This document shows positions 36,729-45,866 of a stretch of 64,000 nt of DNA, in pieces (position 1 is the first letter of the stretch; each line of letters starts with the position of its first letter). The position numbers were made by a program, and so were the translations under genes. This stretch comes from Alphaproteobacteria bacterium. Lineage in GTDB: Bacteria; Pseudomonadota; Alphaproteobacteria; SHVV01. Below the pieces are notes generated by a model that saw only the letters and a program-made list of their open reading frames with translations, did not search any database and was not told where the DNA came from. The stretch spans positions 1,664,001 to 1,728,000 of the forward strand of contig OZ253470.1 of the NCBI GenBank assembly GCA_965261735.1, read 5' to 3'.

Positions 36729-37622
36729 TTAATAGTAGCTGAGAATCTCGGGGTTAAGGCACGACCTGCTGTTGTCCCCGCGATAGCCATGTGCGTCGAT
36801 CACCCGGAGCACGGCGCCCCGCCGGTCGAGCGTCAGAAAGAACAGAACCGTTGTCGGCAGGCCCCTGGGTTTGCCAAGAAAGAATCCGAGGAAATCCCGC
36901 CTTACCAGTAGATCGTCCAACCCATCCCCGTTGAAGTCGCCGCGGCCGATGATGGAAAAAGCATCCTCATCGTATTTTTCCGTCATCTCGGACGAGCTCC
37001 ACGCCTCGTAGACGAAATGCTCCGGGTCGCGAACGACCAGGTTGACAAAGTGCTTCGGCGGTCCGAAGGCGGGATGGACGAATTGGCTCCACGGCACGCC
37101 GTCCCGGTTAGCCAAGAGTTCGGCCCTCAGGAACTTGCAGCCGGCCGCATCTAGCAGCGCCGGGAGGTAATCCAATACGTCCTGCGTGAAACCGAAGTCG
37201 CGCAGATAGCTCGTCGCGGCCGGGCTTGCGGGCTTCATCGCACGTAGCGCCAAACAGTACGCGGCCTTCAATCGGTAGACCCAGTAGGAATCTTCGTCGC
37301 TGTTTTCGAAGCGGTACCCCTGATCGGTCCATTTCAGGTAGGCGAGGCAGTTGTCGATGGGCTGCGCATCGAGCGAGCCCCACTCGCCCAAATAGGCGGT
37401 CTCGCCTTCGCCGACCATGTGATGGCCGAACTTGTGGAACACCGCCCGTTTGCCCTCGGGGAAAGGCTCGGCGAGCTTGGCGTCGATCTCGTCGAGGCTT
37501 TCAAGCCCAAGCTCGGGCGCCCACCACGCGGGATAGGGGCCCTCGGCCTGCGCGGCGCCGGAGGCAGCCACGGGGGCGAGAACCATGCCAAGGGCTAGCG
37601 CCCATCCGGCCGCGTTGTTCAT
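36729..37622 (-). CDS. secreted protein of unknown function, paralog 1 (intact)
   Basis: Signal peptide ending AQA, 4 Cys, GRGDFNGDGLDDLL motif; two upstream-sharing paralogs in tandem. Confidence 0.85.
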   Translation of the reverse strand: MNNAAGWALALGMVLAPVAASGAAQAEGPYPAWWAPELGLESLDEIDAKLAEPFPEGKRAVFHKFGHHMVGEGETAYLGEWGSLDAQPIDNCLAYLKWTDQGYRFENSDEDSYWVYRLKAAYCLALRAMKPASPAATSYLRDFGFTQDVLDYLPALLDAAGCKFLRAELLANRDGVPWSQFVHPAFGPPKHFVNLVVRDPEHFVYEAWSSSEMTEKYDEDAFSIIGRGDFNGDGLDDLLVRRDFLGFFLGKPRGLPTTVLFFLTLDRRGAVLRVIDAHGYRGDNSRSCLNPEILSYY

Positions 37623-37744
37623 CAGACGTCTCCGATTGTTTGGAACATCTACCATGACGTGCAATTCAGCCGAAAGAAAGGCGCGGGTAATGGCGCGACT
37701 GGGGCAAAGGCGGCGCTACCTCCGCCCCGCGTTCTGCAGCGCCC

Positions 37745-39037
37745 TCAGTCGGCGAAGGGGTCGCGCACCAGGATGGTGTCGTCGCGCTCGGGGCTGGTGG
37801 ACAGCAGCGCCACCGGGGCCTCGATCAGCTCCTCGATGCGGCGGATGTACTTGACTGCGGTCGCCGGCAGGTGGGCCCAGCTGCGCGCGCCGCGGGTGCT
37901 GTCGGGCCATCCTTCGAGGGTCTCGAACTCGGGCTCGACGGCGGCCTGGCGCGCGGCCCCGGCGGGCAGGTAGTCGATGCGCTCGCCGTCGAGACGGTAG
38001 GAGGTGCAGACGTTGAGCTCGGCCATACCGTCGAGCACGTCGAGCTTGGTCAGCGCGATGCCGTCGATGCCGCCGACCTTGACCGCCTGGCGCACGAGTA
38101 CCGCATCGAACCAGCCGCAGCGCCGCGGCCTTCCCGTGACCGTCCCGAACTCGAGGCCGCGCTCGCCCAAGCCTCGCCCGACCTCGTCGTGCAGCTCGGT
38201 CGGGAACGGGCCGGCGCCGACGCGCGTCGTGTAGGCCTTGGTGATGCCGAGTACGTAGCCGACCGCGGCGACGCCGAGGCCGCTGCCGACCGCGGCCTGG
38301 CCGGCCATCGTGTTGGAGGCGGTAACGTACGGGTAGGTGCCGTGGTCGACGTCGAGCATCGCCCCTTGCGCGCCCTCGAACAGGATGCGCCGGCCCTCGC
38401 GCTTCGCCTTATCGAGCCGGCGCCACACCGGCTCGGCATAGGGGAGCAGCTCGGGCGCCACCGCTTTGAGCGCCGCGATCAGCTCCACCTTGTCGATGGT
38501 CGGCTGGTCGAGGCCGCGGCGCAACGCGTTGTGGTGCGCGAGCAGGGCATCGACCTTGGCCTCGAGGCCGGGACCGTCAGCGAGGTCGCAGACGCGCACC
38601 GCGCGCCGCGCCGTCTTGTCCTCGTAGGCCGGCCCGATGCCGCGCCGCGTGGTCCCGATCGGCACCGCGCCCTTGGCCTCTTCGCGCAAGCCGTCGAGCT
38701 CGCGGTGGAGCGGCAGGATCAACGCCGCGTTCTCGGCGATGCGCAGGTTGGTGGGCGAGACGGCGACGCCGGCCTCGCGTAGGCTGCGAATCTCGTCGAG
38801 CAGCGCCCACGGGTCGATGACCACCCCGTTGCCGATGACCGACAGCTTGTCCGGGCGTACGACCCCGGCGGGCAGGAGGCTGAGCTTGTAGGTCGCGCCG
38901 TCGATGACCAGCGTGTGGCCGGCGTTGTGGCCGCCCTGGAAGCGGACCACGACGTCGGCCCGCTCGCTCAACCAGTCGACGATCTTGCCCTTGCCCTCAT
39001 CGCCCCACTGGGCGCCGACGACCACCACGTTCGCCAT
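37745..39037 (-). CDS. purA: adenylosuccinate synthetase
   Basis: [30 protein letters not shown]. Confidence 0.98.
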   Translation of the reverse strand: MANVVVVGAQWGDEGKGKIVDWLSERADVVVRFQGGHNAGHTLVIDGATYKLSLLPAGVVRPDKLSVIGNGVVIDPWALLDEIRSLREAGVAVSPTNLRIAENAALILPLHRELDGLREEAKGAVPIGTTRRGIGPAYEDKTARRAVRVCDLADGPGLEAKVDALLAHHNALRRGLDQPTIDKVELIAALKAVAPELLPYAEPVWRRLDKAKREGRRILFEGAQGAMLDVDHGTYPYVTASNTMAGQAAVGSGLGVAAVGYVLGITKAYTTRVGAGPFPTELHDEVGRGLGERGLEFGTVTGRPRRCGWFDAVLVRQAVKVGGIDGIALTKLDVLDGMAELNVCTSYRLDGERIDYLPAGAARQAAVEPEFETLEGWPDSTRGARSWAHLPATAVKYIRRIEELIEAPVALLSTSPERDDTILVRDPFAD

Positions 39038-39053
39038 GTCCTTCGCCCCGCGC

Positions 39054-40199
39054 TCAGTCGAGCGGCTCGATCGCGCCGTCGCGAAGGAGGTGGCTGCAGC
39101 CGAGCCGGCGCGCTTCGGCCGCATCGCCACCAACGCCACCGGCCTCGAGGCCGTGCAGGGTGCGCCAGCCCTTCCCGCGCAGCCTTGCGCCAGCCGTGCG
39201 CTCGGTACCAAAGGGCAGGTAGAGCAGCGCCGCGGGCTCGCGCGGTGCGGCCGCCCGCAGGAGCGAATCGAGATAGAGGGTGAAGCCGGCGGCCCGCTCG
39301 CCCGACTCGAGCAGGTAACGCCCGCCGCGCCCGAGCTCGCCGCGGATGCCCTTGGCGAAGAGCGTGAACGACAGGCCCGTGTGGTACTCGAAGCCGCGGA
39401 ACTCGGCCGGATCGATAGTGATGCCAACGCCGGGCACCGCCACCGACGCGAGCTCGACCACCTCGGCGAGCTCGGCCCACAGGGCCGCCGCCGGAGCCGG
39501 TAAGTCGAGTCGATCGAGGCGCGAGAACACCTCCGCCGCCGGCCCGGCCGCCGCCAGGAGCGCGCTCAACAGCGAGTCCTTGGTGATTCCGAGGTCGGCC
39601 AGCGCCGCGGCGTCCTTGCGGTCGAGGGCGTGGCGCGCGGCCTCGGCCGTCGCCGCGTCGAGGCCCAACCCCTCGCATACCGCGGGAACCAGGTTGGGCA
39701 GGGTCATGTCGATGGAGAGATCGGCAACACCGACCTCACCGAGGGCCTCGGCCGCGAGCACGATGAGCTCGGCGTTGCCGGCGACCGGCGGCGCCCCGAC
39801 CAGCTCGACTCCGACCTGGCCGAACTCGCGCTCCGGGCGCAGCTGGCTCGCGCGCACGCGCAGCACGCGCCCGGCGTAGGCGAGGCGGGCGGGGCGCGGC
39901 GCGCCGGCGAGCCGTGTCGCGGCGATGCGCGCGACCTGTAGGGTCATGTCGGGGCGCACGCCCATCATGCGCTGCGATATGGGGTCCATGAGCCGGAACA
40001 TCGACGCCGCCACCGCCTTGCCGGGGCCCGTCAGCAGGGTCTCCTCGAACTCGACCAGCGGCGGCTTCACGGGCTCGTAGCCGTAGCTCGCGAAGCGGCG
40101 CATCAGGGTGGCGCTGATCTCGGCCTCGAAGCCCGCGAGCGGCGGCAGATCGTCGCGCAGGCCGGCCGGCAGCAGGCCGCTATCGGGATAGCCGTTCAT
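39054..40199 (-). CDS. hisZ: ATP phosphoribosyltransferase regulatory subunit
   Basis: [34 protein letters not shown]; position between serA and purA. Confidence 0.93.
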   Translation of the reverse strand: MNGYPDSGLLPAGLRDDLPPLAGFEAEISATLMRRFASYGYEPVKPPLVEFEETLLTGPGKAVAASMFRLMDPISQRMMGVRPDMTLQVARIAATRLAGAPRPARLAYAGRVLRVRASQLRPEREFGQVGVELVGAPPVAGNAELIVLAAEALGEVGVADLSIDMTLPNLVPAVCEGLGLDAATAEAARHALDRKDAAALADLGITKDSLLSALLAAAGPAAEVFSRLDRLDLPAPAAALWAELAEVVELASVAVPGVGITIDPAEFRGFEYHTGLSFTLFAKGIRGELGRGGRYLLESGERAAGFTLYLDSLLRAAAPREPAALLYLPFGTERTAGARLRGKGWRTLHGLEAGGVGGDAAEARRLGCSHLLRDGAIEPLD

Positions 40200-40257
40200 C
40201 GCGTTCGAGTGTAGCCGAGTTGACTCGGCTTTCGCTACGGGCCGGCGCCGCTCCGGC

Positions 40258-41838
40258 CTAGCAGCAACGCAGCGACTTGACCTCGCGCACGTGCTCGATG
40301 CCGCGGACCGCGGCGAGCACCTCCTCGGGCAGCTCGTCGTCGACCTCGACGAGCGCGATGGCGTTGCCGCCGCGCACGCCGCGCCCGAGATGGAAGCTCG
40401 CGATATTGACGCCGGCATCGCCTAGCGCGGCGCCGAGGCGGCCAATGAAGCCGGGCCGGTCCTCGTTGTTGACGAACAGCATGTGGGGCGCCAGCTCGGC
40501 CTCGATCGAGATGCTGTCGACCTCGACGATGCGCGGATGCTCGTCGGCGAACAGCGTGCCGGCCACGACGCGCGTCCCCGACTCGGTGATGACCGACAGC
40601 CGGATCAGGCTCTGGTAGTTGCCGGCGCGCTCGCGGCTGACCTCGGACACGTCGATGCCGCGCTCCTTGGCGATCAGCGGCGCGTTGACCACGTTGACCG
40701 ACTCGAGCTGCGGCGACAGCAGTCCCTGGAGGACGAGTGCGCCGAGCGGGCGGACGTTGAGGGTGGCGACGTGACCCTCGAACTCGATGGTCGCAACCGT
40801 GATGGAGCTGTCCGTGATTTGGCCCATGAAGCTGCCGAGCTGGAAGGCGAGATCCTGGTAGGGCTTGAGCTTGGGCGCGTCCTCGGCGCTCACCGGCGGC
40901 ATGTTGATGGCGTTGGTCACGGCGCCGTCCAGCAGGTAGTCGGACATCTGCTCGGCGATCTGGATCGCCACCTTCTCCTGCGCTTCCGTGGTGGCGGCGC
41001 CGAGGTGGGGTGTCGCCACGAATTGGGCGAGCCCGAACAGCACGTTGTCGCGAGCCGGCTCGTTTACGAACACGTCGAATGCGGCCCCCGCCAGCTGGCC
41101 GGACTCGAGCGCGGCCTTGACGTCGTCCTCGACGACGAGGCCGCCGCGCGCGCAGTTGATGAGAAACGCGCCGCGCTTCATCTTGGCGAGCGCCGCGCCA
41201 TCGATGATGGCGCGTGTCTGGTCGGTGAGCGGGGTGTGCAGCGTGAGGAAATCGGCGCGCGCGAGCAGCTCGTCGAGCTCGACCTTGTCGACGCCCAGTT
41301 CCTCGGCGCGCTCGCCCGAGAGGTAGGGGTCGTAGGCGACGACGCGCATCTTCAGCGCGAGCGCGCGCTCGGCGACGATCGAGCCGATATTGCCGACGCC
41401 GACGATGCCGAGCGTCTTGCCGTACAGCTCGACTCCCATGAAGCGCGACTTCTCCCACTTGCCGGCCTGGGTCGAGGTGTTGGCGGCCGGGATCTGTCGC
41501 GCCAGCGCGAGCAGCAGCGCGATCGTGTGCTCGGCCGTGGTGATGGCGTTGCCGAAGGGCGCGTTCATGACCACCATGCCATGCTGGGTCGCCGCTGCGA
41601 CGTCGATGTTGTCGACGCCGATACCGGCGCGTCCGATGACCTTGAGCCTGGTGGCGGCGGCCAGGACCTCGGCCGTGACCTTGGTCGCCGAACGCACCGC
41701 GAGGCCGTCGTAGCCGCCGATACAGGCGAGGAGGTCGTCAGGACTCAGTCCTGGCTTCTCATCCACGTCGATGCCGCGGTCGCGCAAGATCGCGCTCGCC
41801 TTCGCGCTCAGCTCATCGGAAACCAGAACACTGACCAT
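40258..41838 (-). CDS. serA: D-3-phosphoglycerate dehydrogenase
   Basis: GRAGIGVDN, GVGNIG, INCARGG, TPHLGA, C-terminal ACT domain. Confidence 0.96.
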   Translation of the reverse strand: MVSVLVSDELSAKASAILRDRGIDVDEKPGLSPDDLLACIGGYDGLAVRSATKVTAEVLAAATRLKVIGRAGIGVDNIDVAAATQHGMVVMNAPFGNAITTAEHTIALLLALARQIPAANTSTQAGKWEKSRFMGVELYGKTLGIVGVGNIGSIVAERALALKMRVVAYDPYLSGERAEELGVDKVELDELLARADFLTLHTPLTDQTRAIIDGAALAKMKRGAFLINCARGGLVVEDDVKAALESGQLAGAAFDVFVNEPARDNVLFGLAQFVATPHLGAATTEAQEKVAIQIAEQMSDYLLDGAVTNAINMPPVSAEDAPKLKPYQDLAFQLGSFMGQITDSSITVATIEFEGHVATLNVRPLGALVLQGLLSPQLESVNVVNAPLIAKERGIDVSEVSRERAGNYQSLIRLSVITESGTRVVAGTLFADEHPRIVEVDSISIEAELAPHMLFVNNEDRPGFIGRLGAALGDAGVNIASFHLGRGVRGGNAIALVEVDDELPEEVLAAVRGIEHVREVKSLRCC

Positions 41839-41858
41839 CAGGCCATCCTCGCCATTGT

Positions 41859-43016
41859 CTATTCCGCCGCGGCCGCCCGCGCTTCGCCGTAGCCCCATTC
41901 GAGCCACGGCAGCAGGGCTTCGACGTCGTCCCGCTCCACCGTCGCGCCGCCCCAAATCCGCAGGCTCGGTGGCGCATCGCGGTGGTTGGCGATGTCGTAG
42001 GCCACGCCCTCGTCCTCGAGGCGAGCCGCGAGCCGCTTCACGACCGCGCGCTGGTCGGCCTCGTCGAGGCCGGTGAACCACTCGTCGACGAACTTGAGGC
42101 AGATCGAGGTCGACGACCGCGTCGCCGGCTCGGCGGCCAGGAAATCAACCCAAGAGCGCGCCTCCACCCACCGCGCCACGGCGGCCAGGTTGGCGGCGCT
42201 GCGCGCGACCATCTCGGCATGGCCGCCGATGCTCTCGGCCCAGCGCAGCGCGTCGAGCACGTCCTCGACGCACAGCAGCGAGGGCGTGTTGATGGTCTGG
42301 CCGGCGAACAGGCCCTCGTTGAGCTTGCCGCCCTTGGTGAGGCGGAAGACCTTGGGCAGCGGCCACGGCGGCGTGTAGGACTCGAGCCGGGCGACCGCGC
42401 GCGGGCTCAAGATCAGCATCCCGTGCGCGGCCTCGCCGCCGAGCACCTTCTGCCACGAGTAGGTGGCGACGTCGAGCTGCGGCCACGGCAGGTCCATGGC
42501 GAACACCGCCGAGGTCGCGTCGCACAGGGTCAGGCCCTCGCGGTCGGGCTCGATCCAGTCGGCGTTCGGCACCCTGACGCCCGATGTCGTGCCGTTCCAG
42601 GTGAAGACCACGTCACGATCGCCGTCGACGCCCGAGAGGTCGGGGAGCGCACCGTAGGGCGCCCGGAAGAACCGGGCATCGTCGAGCTTGAGTTCGTCGG
42701 CCACGTCGGCGAGCCAGCCGAGGCCGAAGCTGTCCCAGGCGAGGACGTCGACGCCACGGGCGCCGAGCAGCGACCATATCGCCATCTCGAAGGCGCCGGT
42801 ATCCGAGCCCGGCACGAGGCCGATGCGGTAGTCGGGCGGGAGGCCGAGGAGCGCGCGGCTGCGCTCCAGCACCTCGGTGAGCTTGTCGAGGCCGGCCGGG
42901 GCGCGGTGAGAGCGCCCGAGGCACGCCGCTTCGAGGGCGGCCGGCGACCAACCGGGGCGTTTGGCGCAGGGACCGGATGAAAAATGCGGCCTCTCGGGCC
43001 GCGCGGAAGGCGTCAA
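41859..43016 (-). CDS. serC: phosphoserine aminotransferase (alphaproteobacterial type)
   Basis: [35 protein letters not shown]; TTG/GTG start after GGGAGAG. Confidence 0.94.
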   Translation of the reverse strand: MTPSARPERPHFSSGPCAKRPGWSPAALEAACLGRSHRAPAGLDKLTEVLERSRALLGLPPDYRIGLVPGSDTGAFEMAIWSLLGARGVDVLAWDSFGLGWLADVADELKLDDARFFRAPYGALPDLSGVDGDRDVVFTWNGTTSGVRVPNADWIEPDREGLTLCDATSAVFAMDLPWPQLDVATYSWQKVLGGEAAHGMLILSPRAVARLESYTPPWPLPKVFRLTKGGKLNEGLFAGQTINTPSLLCVEDVLDALRWAESIGGHAEMVARSAANLAAVARWVEARSWVDFLAAEPATRSSTSICLKFVDEWFTGLDEADQRAVVKRLAARLEDEGVAYDIANHRDAPPSLRIWGGATVERDDVEALLPWLEWGYGEARAAAAE

Positions 43017-43019
43017 CAC

Positions 43020-43072
43020 ACTCTCCCTTGCAGAAGAGACGCGGCCCGTTGGGGGGCCGTGGCCCGCCGCGG
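43020..43072 (-). ncRNA. serC leader RNA motif (approximate)
   Basis: GC-rich hairpin GGCC-CCCCAACG-GGCC directly upstream of the serC RBS, where the alphaproteobacterial serC leader is known to lie. Confidence 0.6.
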
Positions 43073-43198
43073 ATACTAGGGGCTGCCGGTTAAATGTCAA
43101 TTACGATGGGCGTTGGCGGGCGCGGTCTCGCGGTTGACAGGCGCACGCCGGCATGGCTCCGTCTCGCGGACCCGCCTGCTCGAGACGGACCGACCTCG

Positions 43199-44332
43199 AT
43201 GATCCCCTGCCAGCGCCACCTGTTCGATATCCCCGCGGAGGTCGCGTATCTCAACTGCGCCTACCTGTCGCCGCTGCCCAATGCGGTGCGCGAGGCGGGG
43301 ATCACCGGCGTGCGCCGCAAGGCGAGCCCATGGGAGCTGCTGCCGGAGCATTTTTTCGATGAGTCGGAGGCGGCGCGCGGGCTGTTCGCGGCGCTCCTCG
43401 GCGCGACCGCCGACGATGTGGCGATTCAGCCCTCCGTCAGCTACGGGCTCGCGATCGCGGGACGCAATCTCGCGCTCGATGCGGGCGACTCAATACTCGT
43501 GCTGGCCGAGCAGTTCCCCTCCAATGTCTATCCCTGGCGCGAGCTCGCGCGCGATCGCGAGGCGCGCATCGTCAGCGTGCCCGTGCCCGTGGAAGGCTCG
43601 TGGACCGATGCCATCCTCGGGCTGCTCGACGAGCGTGTCCGCATCGCGGCCCTACCGCACTGCCACTGGATCGACGGCGGCCTGATCGACCTCGAGGCGG
43701 TCGGCGCGCGCTGCCGCGACGTCGGCGCGGCATTGGTGGTGGACGCCACGCAGTCGCTCGGCGCGCTGCCGTTCGATGTCACGGCGGTCCAACCCGACTT
43801 TCTCGTCGCTGCCACCTACAAGTGGTTGTTCGGTCCCTACAGCCTCGGCTTCCTCTATGTCGCGCCACGCCATCAGGACGGCCGGCCGCTCGAGCACAAT
43901 TGGATCGCGCGCGCGGGCGCCGAGGACTTCGCCCGCCTGATCGACTACCGCGACGCCTTCCAGCCGGGCGCGCGGCGCTTCGACGTCGGCGAGCGCTCGA
44001 ACTTCACGCTGATGCCGATGGCCTGCGCCGCCCTGCGCCAGGTGCACGATTGGGGCGTGCCCGAGATCGCGGCAACGCTTCGCGCCCTCACCGACCGGAT
44101 CGCGGCGCGGGCGGAGGCGCTGGGGTGGAGCGCGCTGCCGCCCGGGTTGCGCGCCCCCCACTATCTCGGGCTCAGCCACGCCGGCGGGGTCCCGCCCGGG
44201 CTCGCCGAGCGCCTGGCGGCCGAGCACATCTACGTCAGTGTCCGCGGCGCCGCGATGCGGGTCACTCCCCACCTCTACAACAACGACCCCGACCTCGACC
44301 GTCTGTTCGCGGTGCTGGGGGCTGAAGCGTAA
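43199..44332 (+). CDS. class V PLP-dependent aminotransferase (cysteine desulfurase-like)
   Basis: YLNCAYLSP, QFPSNVYPW, DATQSLG, YKWLFGP, RVTPHLYN. Confidence 0.9.
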   Translation: MIPCQRHLFDIPAEVAYLNCAYLSPLPNAVREAGITGVRRKASPWELLPEHFFDESEAARGLFAALLGATADDVAIQPSVSYGLAIAGRNLALDAGDSILVLAEQFPSNVYPWRELARDREARIVSVPVPVEGSWTDAILGLLDERVRIAALPHCHWIDGGLIDLEAVGARCRDVGAALVVDATQSLGALPFDVTAVQPDFLVAATYKWLFGPYSLGFLYVAPRHQDGRPLEHNWIARAGAEDFARLIDYRDAFQPGARRFDVGERSNFTLMPMACAALRQVHDWGVPEIAATLRALTDRIAARAEALGWSALPPGLRAPHYLGLSHAGGVPPGLAERLAAEHIYVSVRGAAMRVTPHLYNNDPDLDRLFAVLGAEA

Positions 44333-44355
44333 GGGCGGGCAGAGTAGTAGGGAGT

Positions 44356-44788
44356 TTAGCCTCCCAAGGAACCACCCATTGCCGCAGTATGAACTTCAAG
44401 AAACTGTTTGGCCAACATTGTGCCGATCATTTCCTCAAGCTTCGATACGTCTATCTTCCCGTCGGCATACGCTCGATCGGCGGCCTCCAGCGCTTCATAA
44501 TAGGGGCGTTTATCGGTCGCGATCTGCGCTGGGATCGTGCTTTCCCCGGGTAGTCTGTAGCCTACTCTAATGCACAGGGCCGCATAGGAAACGGCGCGCG
44601 CGGTTCGTCCGTTGGCTTTGCGATATCTCCATCGCGTGCGGGCGATACACGCCATCGACAAGGTCAAGAACCGAGTCGAATTGGTGCAGCGCATTCCGCG
44701 CCTCCAGACGTGCTATTTGTTCGCGGTCGGTGGGCAGTTCGGCACGGCGAGGTACGCTCTCGCGTTCAAACTCAGGTTTCTTCGCCAT
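44356..44788 (-). pseudogene. Fic-domain toxin with internal deletion and frameshift
   Basis: N-terminus ...ARLEARNALHQFD; C-terminus NGRTARAVSY...PYYEALEAAD; the HPF part of the Fic motif is missing. Confidence 0.78.
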
Positions 44789-44909
44789 CTTCCTCGGCTA
44801 ATGCGTCCGCTTCCCGATCAATCGTTTCGCGCGTGATGTCTTCGTTTTCGATCTTCGTGTTGCCATACGCGAAACTTCGCCGCTGCTCCTCCTGTTCCTC
44901 CGGCGTCAT
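44772..44909 (-). CDS. small Fic antitoxin (VbhA/FicA-like)
   Basis: MTPEEQEEQRRSFAYGNTKIENEDITRETIDREADALAEEDGEET; inhibitory xxxxEN motif; overlaps the fic start. Confidence 0.65.
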   Translation of the reverse strand: MTPEEQEEQRRSFAYGNTKIENEDITRETIDREADALAEEDGEET

Positions 44910-45844
44910 CCGAACTGGCCGAGGATCCAGCCCTCGATGCGGCGCACGTTCCTGTCGTCGGGGTCGCCCGGCGGGCGCCGGCCGAGGACGACGTTGAGCA
45001 TGCCGAGCACGCCGACGGTGGCATCGAACCTGTCCTCGCCGTCCACACCCGTGTGGAAGCCTCGATCGAGCAGCGCGACGAGGTCGCTATCCAGGGCGAC
45101 GCCCGCGTCGCGCGCCCACGCCGCGAGAACCTGCCCCTTGGCCGCACGATCCTCGCTCACGCGTTTGCTCCAGCGCTTCCGGTCCGCGCGCAGGCCGAGG
45201 TGGCCGTAGAACTCCCCGGGGTAGGATTCGGCCACGACGACGCGGCCGGGCGCGAATTCGATTGCGCCGGTAAACGGCCACAGGACGAGGTCCTGGTCCC
45301 CGGCCCGAAGCGCCGGCGCCAGCAGGTCGCGCCAGCCGATGATCGCCGACTTGCCGACCTGCTTGGGTCCGAGCGTCCAGAACAGCGGCGCGGCCGCGGG
45401 CCGCGTGCTCGTCGGGTGGTCGCAGCGGCGCATCAGCTCTGCCGTATCGGCGAGCCCGAGCGCCGCGACGAGCTGGCGTCGGTTGGTGCCGCCCGGGCGG
45501 TCGGGGAAGAAGGGCCGGCGCGGGTTGACTTCCTTCGGTGTTCCGGCGACGTCGTAGAAGCGGCTCCATCGGCCACGGCCGAGCCGGGGCAGGGCGCGGG
45601 CGAAATCGGCGATACCGATCAGGCGCGCATGGGCCGCAGGCAGGCCGAGCGGGAAATCGAAGCCGGCGAAGACGGCGCCGGACGGCCCGGCGAGCGCGCG
45701 CATCCGCTCGAACAGGGTCGCGAGTGGGCCCACAGGCTCGGGTGCCCCGACGCGCCAGCGCCCGCGCACGAAGTGGGCCCGGCACATCCAGCGCCGGCGC
45801 GCATCGACGCTCCAGTCGGCATGAACGACGAGGCCGGGGCGCAT
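44906..45844 (-). CDS. DUF429-like protein (predicted RNase H-like nuclease)
   Basis: HADWS, GFDFPLG, AESYP, EDRFDA acidic motifs. Confidence 0.75.
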   Translation of the reverse strand: MRPGLVVHADWSVDARRRWMCRAHFVRGRWRVGAPEPVGPLATLFERMRALAGPSGAVFAGFDFPLGLPAAHARLIGIADFARALPRLGRGRWSRFYDVAGTPKEVNPRRPFFPDRPGGTNRRQLVAALGLADTAELMRRCDHPTSTRPAAAPLFWTLGPKQVGKSAIIGWRDLLAPALRAGDQDLVLWPFTGAIEFAPGRVVVAESYPGEFYGHLGLRADRKRWSKRVSEDRAAKGQVLAAWARDAGVALDSDLVALLDRGFHTGVDGEDRFDATVGVLGMLNVVLGRRPPGDPDDRNVRRIEGWILGQFG

Positions 45845-45866
45845 CGTAGCCAGCGGCGCCCGCGCT

